Below are positions 58,937 to 64,000 of a stretch of 64,000 bases of DNA, piece after piece. The stretch spans positions 197,158 to 261,157 of the forward strand of contig JACQZE010000005.1 of the NCBI GenBank assembly GCA_016207885.1, written 5' to 3'. Below the pieces are notes generated by a model that saw only the letters and a list, made by a program, of their open reading frames with translations, was not told the origin of the DNA and ran no database searches. Position 1 is the first letter of the stretch, and each line of letters opens with the position of its first letter. The DNA is from Nitrospirota bacterium. GTDB taxonomy: Bacteria; Nitrospirota; Thermodesulfovibrionia; UBA6902. The position numbers were made by a program, and so were the translations under genes.

Positions 58937-59962
58937 ATGAAGAAGATAAGGCTTACAGAAAAAGTAAAAGCAGCAGGCTGAGCAGCCAAATTAGGTCCGG
59001 CGGACCTATCCGAAATACTGACAGACCTGCATAAATGCAAGGACCGGAGCGTTGTCGTGGGCCCGGGGGATGACGCAGGCGTATTCCGCTATAAGGACAC
59101 ACTTATGGTGGAGACGGTTGATGTCATCACGCCGATAGTTGACGACCCGTACACCTTCGGGGCGATCTGCGCCGCAAACTCTGTGAGCGATGTTTACGCC
59201 ATGGGAGGCAAACCACTCACCGCTCTTGCCATACTGGGATACGCATCATGCGATTTCGGCCCTGATGTCATAAGAAGCCTCATGAAGGGCGCCATGGACA
59301 AACTTCACGAAGCAGATGTCTGCCTTATCGGAGGCCATAGTATTGAGGACAATGAGATAAAGTTCGGCTTTGCTGTTTCAGGAGTCGTTGAAAAAAATAA
59401 ACTATTGAGAGTAGACGGAGCGTCTGAAGGCGAGATACTCATCCTCACAAAAAAGCTCGGCACAGGCATACTGACCTCAGCGGTGAAACTCAGGAAGATG
59501 AAAGAAGCCGGATTAAAAGATGTTATTGACTCTATGCTAACGCTCAACAAAACCGCTGCAAAGGCTGCTGTTGCCGCAGGGTCTCAGGCTGCTACCGATG
59601 TGACAGGATTCGGTCTGCTCGGGCATGCTTTGAATATGGCGGCAAGCTCTAAAAAGAATCTTGTCATCTCATATGATGATATCCCGTTTATGAATAGAGT
59701 GAAAGAATTTATCGCGGCGGGCGTGATACCTAAAGGCGCGAAAAAGACGCTGGAGTTCTGCAGCAGGAATACAAAGTTCTCTGACAGGCTTTCAGATATC
59801 GACAAGATAGCGCTCTCTGACCCGCAGACCTCAGGCGGCATGCTCATAGCCCTGCCGCAGAAAGGGCTCGCAACATTCAAGAGGCTTATGAAGAAAGAGA
59901 ATGCCCCTTACTGGATAATCGGAGAGGTTGTTAAAGGCAAAGGTGCGGTTATTGTCAGATAA
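58937..59962 (+). CDS. selD: Selenide, water dikinase with an in-frame UGA (selenocysteine)
   Basis: MKKIRLTEKVKAAG-TGA(58979)-AAKLGPADL is in frame with the 59057 ORF (DDAGV, ANSVSDVYAMGG, TDVTGFGLLGH, DPQTSGG). Confidence 0.95.
58992..59008 (+). promoter_or_regulatory. Putative bacterial SECIS hairpin
   Basis: TAGGTCC-GGC-GGACCTA, with a G-first loop about 18 nt after the UGA. Confidence 0.7.
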
Positions 59963-60380
59963 CGGGCTGGATGAGATCAAAAAGATGATCGCCGACTATA
60001 TGGAGAGCGGTTTTCTTGATAATATCATTGCGATGTTCAGGCAGGACAAAAGCCTGTACATCACCATCGGCGATATACTCGGAGATGAGAGGCTGCGTGT
60101 AAGGATAGGAATGACCGCGCTGGTTGAGGCCCTGATAGATGAAGATTATGTCCACCTCCATGCCGCCATACCAGGGATTGCAGCGCAGCTTAATAATCCA
60201 ATCCCTACCATACGCGGCGACGCAGCACACCTGCTCGGCATCATAGGCCACAAAGATGCCCTTCCTTATTTGTTGAAAGCGCAGGATGAAGGGCACGCCC
60301 ATGTCAAAGAAGTGATCGATGAATCCATAGAGGCGATCAGACAGAACGCGCTTTCTGAAAAGATAATAAACGGCGAATAG
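59952..60380 (+). CDS. HEAT-repeat protein
   Basis: IRGDAAHLLGIIG..DALPYL. Probable TTG start overlapping the end of selD. Confidence 0.75.
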   Translation: MSDNGLDEIKKMIADYMESGFLDNIIAMFRQDKSLYITIGDILGDERLRVRIGMTALVEALIDEDYVHLHAAIPGIAAQLNNPIPTIRGDAAHLLGIIGHKDALPYLLKAQDEGHAHVKEVIDESIEAIRQNALSEKIINGE

Positions 60381-60398
60381 ATAATTCATATTGCCAAT

Positions 60399-61031
60399 AT
60401 GAAAAAAGCCCTCAAACAGTCAATCGCAATAATCTGCATATTATTTTCAATGGCATTCTGCGCCTCCTCTCAAGCAAATGAGAACGGCCTTTACGATTCT
60501 GAACTGGCAAAGGTCAAGGCATGCGATGAGTCATCTGATTTCACCAAACTGAGGCTCTTATATTCAAAGACATCCAAATATAATCCATATGCTTCTGACC
60601 GTGAAAAAAGCGAAGCGATGTACCAGTCGTTCAATGAAGGGAAGTTTGAAGAAGCCGTCAGCTATGCCAACCTGATCTTAGACAAAAATTATGTCGATCT
60701 TGATGCTCATATATTATTGACATTCGCCTATCAGGAGATCGGCAACGCGGAGAGGTCAGGTTTTCATGACTTTGTAGTTAATGGTTTGCTGAATTCCATA
60801 CTTGCTTCAGGAGACGGTGAGTCCGCTAAGACCGCCTATGTGGTCATCAGCGTAAAAGAAGAATACGCCATCCTGAATCTCCTCGGCCTTCAGGCAGATG
60901 AACAGAGACTGGTCAATCAAGACGGCCACAGCTATGATGTATTCAAAGTCACAGACCTCAAGACCGGGCAGAGTTCAGTATTGTATTTTAACGTGGACAT
61001 TCCCTTGGGCTGGTTGGAGAAGAAGATTTAA
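60399..61031 (+). CDS. DUF4919-like exported protein
   Basis: Signal peptide; SILASGDG..TAYVVISVKEEY motif. Confidence 0.75.
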   Translation: MKKALKQSIAIICILFSMAFCASSQANENGLYDSELAKVKACDESSDFTKLRLLYSKTSKYNPYASDREKSEAMYQSFNEGKFEEAVSYANLILDKNYVDLDAHILLTFAYQEIGNAERSGFHDFVVNGLLNSILASGDGESAKTAYVVISVKEEYAILNLLGLQADEQRLVNQDGHSYDVFKVTDLKTGQSSVLYFNVDIPLGWLEKKI

Positions 61032-61056
61032 ACTCTTTCTCATTTCATGCGGGTAA

Positions 61057-61758
61057 ATGACTAATGCGATGCTACGGTATAAACAACGAAGGGAAGATAA
61101 CATTAAGAAAGGCGGTGTAGAGATGGCAATGAAGATATTTAACCAACGACAAAATAAACTGATTTTTATTTTATTGATGTTGATGATGGTTGTCCGGGGT
61201 GGGAGTGGATGGGCGGAGGCGCAGAAAGATACACAGGCAAAACAAGATGAGTTGGTATGCGGGGATACGAGGATTGTATCAGAGCTTATATGTCCTGCTG
61301 AAATAGATTCAGTGGATTTTTTTAATAGTTATGAATGCGAACAAAATCTGTTTATAACAAATGAACAAAAATTAAAAACATATATAGAAGGAAGAATTTG
61401 GTCATGGGGATGCGTGGAAGGAAATAAAACTAAATACATTGCTATTACTTATGATACGGGAGGTAATGGTCGTTGTGGCTTTTTTCACTGGACAGATGTA
61501 TATGATTTGAAGGGGGAATTTTTAATGAGTGATTATTTTAAATCTTCTTCTGTCGATGAAGCATTGTGCGCTCTTTCTTATGTTAATGGCTGTGAAGATT
61601 TTAAGAATTTTTGCGAGGGATTAAGCAAATCTGCTGTAAGTAAGATTAAAAACGAGGTTAATAATTGGAAAATAAATAGAGAGAAAATTGAAGAGTTAAT
61701 AGGTAAAGATGAGAAATTCCTAAAACAGCCTAATTATGGTTATAAGAGAGAAGAATAA
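61057..61758 (+). CDS. AT-rich, Cys-containing exported hypothetical protein
   Basis: 233-aa ORF with a signal-like segment and seven Cys; the true start is probably an internal Met. Confidence 0.55.
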   Translation: MTNAMLRYKQRREDNIKKGGVEMAMKIFNQRQNKLIFILLMLMMVVRGGSGWAEAQKDTQAKQDELVCGDTRIVSELICPAEIDSVDFFNSYECEQNLFITNEQKLKTYIEGRIWSWGCVEGNKTKYIAITYDTGGNGRCGFFHWTDVYDLKGEFLMSDYFKSSSVDEALCALSYVNGCEDFKNFCEGLSKSAVSKIKNEVNNWKINREKIEELIGKDEKFLKQPNYGYKREE

Positions 61759-61769
61759 ATTACTGATAC

Positions 61770-62567
61770 TTACTGACTCGTCTCACTTGATGTAGAAATT
61801 TCCACAGCCGGAGCCGCGCCCATCTTGTCAGGATTGATGATCCATATGATACCGAAGCCCTTCTCCTGGTAGATCCTCGCGAGTCCGAGCCTTGATATCT
61901 CAAGCAGCGCGAGGAAGGTCACTATGATCGAGACCTTTGTATAGTCGCCTTCAAAGAGGTCCTGAAACCTTATGCCGTCCTCCTTCTCAAGCCTTTCAAC
62001 GATGAAGTTTATCTTGTCGGAGATCGTGAGCGTCTCTCTGGTTATCTCGCGCATCTCCATAGGCGCGGTCTTAAGCAGCTCCTTGAACGCGGAGATCAGG
62101 TCAAAGACGCTCATCTCATCAAATAGCGGCTCAGGCTCAAAATCAAAATCTTCTTTTTGCGGAAGCGGCCTGTGAAAGACATTCTTCCATGTCTCTTCTC
62201 TCGTTCTCAGATACAATGAAGAGTCTTTGAACGCCTGATACTCCAAAAGCCTCATGACAAGCTCTGACCTCGGGTCTTCAGGCGCTTCGTCAGCTGCCAC
62301 TTCATCAGGAGGCAGCAGCATCTTTGTCTTGATATGGATGAGCGTGGCTGCCATTACCAGGAACTCGCCTGCGATCTCAAGGTTCAGCTCCTTCATGAGG
62401 TCAATATACTCGAGATACTGTTTGGTAATATGAACTATGGGTATATCATAGATATCGATCTTCTCCTCTCTTATCATATGGAGAAGGAGGTCAAGCGGCC
62501 CCTCAAAATCAGGCATCTTAAAGAGGAAATTTTCCTGCTCTTCTGCTTGTAAAATATCTTCGCTCAT
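61770..62567 (-). CDS. scpA: Segregation and condensation protein A
   Basis: FEGPLDLLL, AGEFLVMAATLIHIK..MLLP and IVTFLALLE motifs. Confidence 0.96.
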   Translation of the reverse strand: MSEDILQAEEQENFLFKMPDFEGPLDLLLHMIREEKIDIYDIPIVHITKQYLEYIDLMKELNLEIAGEFLVMAATLIHIKTKMLLPPDEVAADEAPEDPRSELVMRLLEYQAFKDSSLYLRTREETWKNVFHRPLPQKEDFDFEPEPLFDEMSVFDLISAFKELLKTAPMEMREITRETLTISDKINFIVERLEKEDGIRFQDLFEGDYTKVSIIVTFLALLEISRLGLARIYQEKGFGIIWIINPDKMGAAPAVEISTSSETSQ

Positions 62568-62674
62568 TTCGGAGGTTATTATAACACGGAATATATTTTT
62601 TTCTTGACTTTTTTGGCCGATTTTCTGTTCAGATCAAAGATTAATTTTCATAGAGAAATCTTAATAAAAAATGC

Positions 62675-62755
62675 TTGCCTATGCATGTTGTTATCGTATA
62701 TAATACTTAACCTTTCTTCGGGCTTTATCAACAAGTTATTCACAATTGTTGATAA
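62675..62755. promoter_or_regulatory. dnaA promoter and DnaA-box cluster (candidate part of oriC)
   Basis: TTGCCT-N18-TATAAT, then TTATCAACA (62725), TTATTCACA (62736) and TGTTGATAA (62747) in an AT-rich intergenic region. Confidence 0.8.
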
Positions 62756-62806
62756 CTATTATTTTAATTGCGTTAAGGAACCCTTTCATTGCATTTAGAA
62801 AAAGAG

Positions 62807-64000
62807 ATGGACATACAGGAAACCTGGGACAAAACCCTTGAAACTATTCAGGAAAAGATCGGCAGCCAGACCTTTGACCTGTGGTTCAGGCCGATCAAAT
62901 TCTTATCACTGAAAGACCAGCAGCTGGCCCTTGAGGTCCCTAACAAGTTCTTTAAGGAATGGATAGAAGACCACTTCCCCATGCTTATCTCAACAACTTT
63001 TTCAGGACTGCTGAAAGAGAACGTCTCTGTCAAGTACAAAGTCACTGAAAAAAAAGAGAGCATTGTGCTGAAAAAGGTGGAGATAAAACAGGAGAACAGA
63101 AGGGTCAAGCTGGCAAAACGCGGCATCTTTCTTAACCCGAAGTTCACTTTTGAATCTTATGTTGTAGGGCCGAGCAACCAGTTTGCCCATGCCGCTGCCC
63201 ATGCTGTAGCCGATTCGCCGGGCAATGCGTATAACCCCCTCTTCATATACGGAGGCGTCGGCCTCGGCAAGACCCATCTGATGAACGCTATCGGCAATAA
63301 CATCATAGACAAGAACCCGGACATAAAGCTCATGTACGCGCGGGCTGAACAATTCACCAATGAATTCATGAACTCCATACGGAACAAAAAGATGGAGAGC
63401 TTCAAGGAGAAGTTCAGAACTTTCGATGTCCTTCTCATTGATGATATCCAGTTCATAGCCGGAAAGACCGCCACACAGGACGAACTCTTTCATACATTTA
63501 ATTCACTGTACGACAGGCATAAGCAGATCATATTCTCAAGCGACAGGTCTCCGAGAGACATATCAGAGATCACCGAGAGGCTCAGGTCAAGGTTCGGCAT
63601 GGGGCTTATCGCGGATATCCAGCCCCCTGAGGTAGAGACAAAGATGGCGATACTCGGAAAGAAGTCCGAACTTGAAGGCATACATCTTCCGGAAGACGTC
63701 TCAGTGCTGCTTGCGACCAGGATAAAATCCAATGTCAGGGATCTTGAGGCCGCGATGATAAGGCTCGGGGCACACTCGTCGCTGTCAGGCAGGGAGATAA
63801 CAGTGGAGATGGCAAGGGCCATACTCAAGGACATGATCCATGATGAAGAAAAGGCGCTGACAGTCGAGCATATCCAGAAGATAGTCTGCGAATATTACGG
63901 TTTAAAGCTGCCGGATATCAAGGCTAAAAAGAGGACAAGGGACATCGCCTTCCCGAGGCAGATAGCTATGCATCTGTGCAAGACCATGACCCACTCGTCC
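62807..64000 (+). CDS. dnaA: Chromosomal replication initiator DnaA, 3' end runs off the window
   Basis: Manual translation gives MDIQETWDKTLE..FDLWF..VPNKFFKEW, LNPKFTF, YNPLFIYGGVGLGKTHL, LLIDDIQF, SNVRDLE and RTRDIAFPRQIAM. Confidence 0.98.
   Translation, partial: MDIQETWDKTLETIQEKIGSQTFDLWFRPIKFLSLKDQQLALEVPNKFFKEWIEDHFPMLISTTFSGLLKENVSVKYKVTEKKESIVLKKVEIKQENRRVKLAKRGIFLNPKFTFESYVVGPSNQFAHAAAHAVADSPGNAYNPLFIYGGVGLGKTHLMNAIGNNIIDKNPDIKLMYARAEQFTNEFMNSIRNKKMESFKEKFRTFDVLLIDDIQFIAGKTATQDELFHTFNSLYDRHKQIIFSSDRSPRDISEITERLRSRFGMGLIADIQPPEVETKMAILGKKSELEGIHLPEDVSVLLATRIKSNVRDLEAAMIRLGAHSSLSGREITVEMARAILKDMIHDEEKALTVEHIQKIVCEYYGLKLPDIKAKKRTRDIAFPRQIAMHLCKTMTHSS

Noticed and set aside
59057-59962. 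ORF-track start for selD
   Set aside because: It omits the catalytic N-terminus; the frame extends through a Sec UGA to the ATG at 58937.
62848-63834. Minus-strand ORFs at the right end
   Set aside because: Antisense shadows of dnaA.
1-64000. tRNA or rRNA genes
   Set aside because: No cloverleaf or rRNA-like sequence was recognised by eye in the intergenic regions; a covariance-model scan would be needed to exclude small ncRNAs.

Overview
A 64-kb bacterial chromosomal segment ending in the 5' part of dnaA. The gene content suggests an anaerobic Nitrospirota/Thermodesulfovibrionia-like organism (inference). The backbone is housekeeping: galU-lon-thiL, pheA-hisC-aroF-tyrA-aroA, cmk-plsC-ispH-rpsA-sppA-ihfB, cobA/hemD, tyrS, hemB, alaS, a ubiB-like kinase, a selenocysteine-containing selD, scpA, and dnaA with DnaA boxes. 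Accessory inserts include a Fic gene, a DUF4160/DUF2442 toxin-antitoxin pair, and a hybrid kinase-diguanylate cyclase-manC operon followed by a divergent ribosomal uS11 paralog. There are also two Bro-N paralogs with a swapped central cassette, each carrying a DNA palindrome; an IrrE/XRE-regulated ubiquitin-like locus whose E2-like gene is fused to an M48 peptidase; and a complete type I-C CRISPR-Cas system with a short, structurally anomalous array. Several REP-like repeat families occur between genes. No rRNA or tRNA genes were recognised. All assignments come from motif recognition by eye, and no searches were run.
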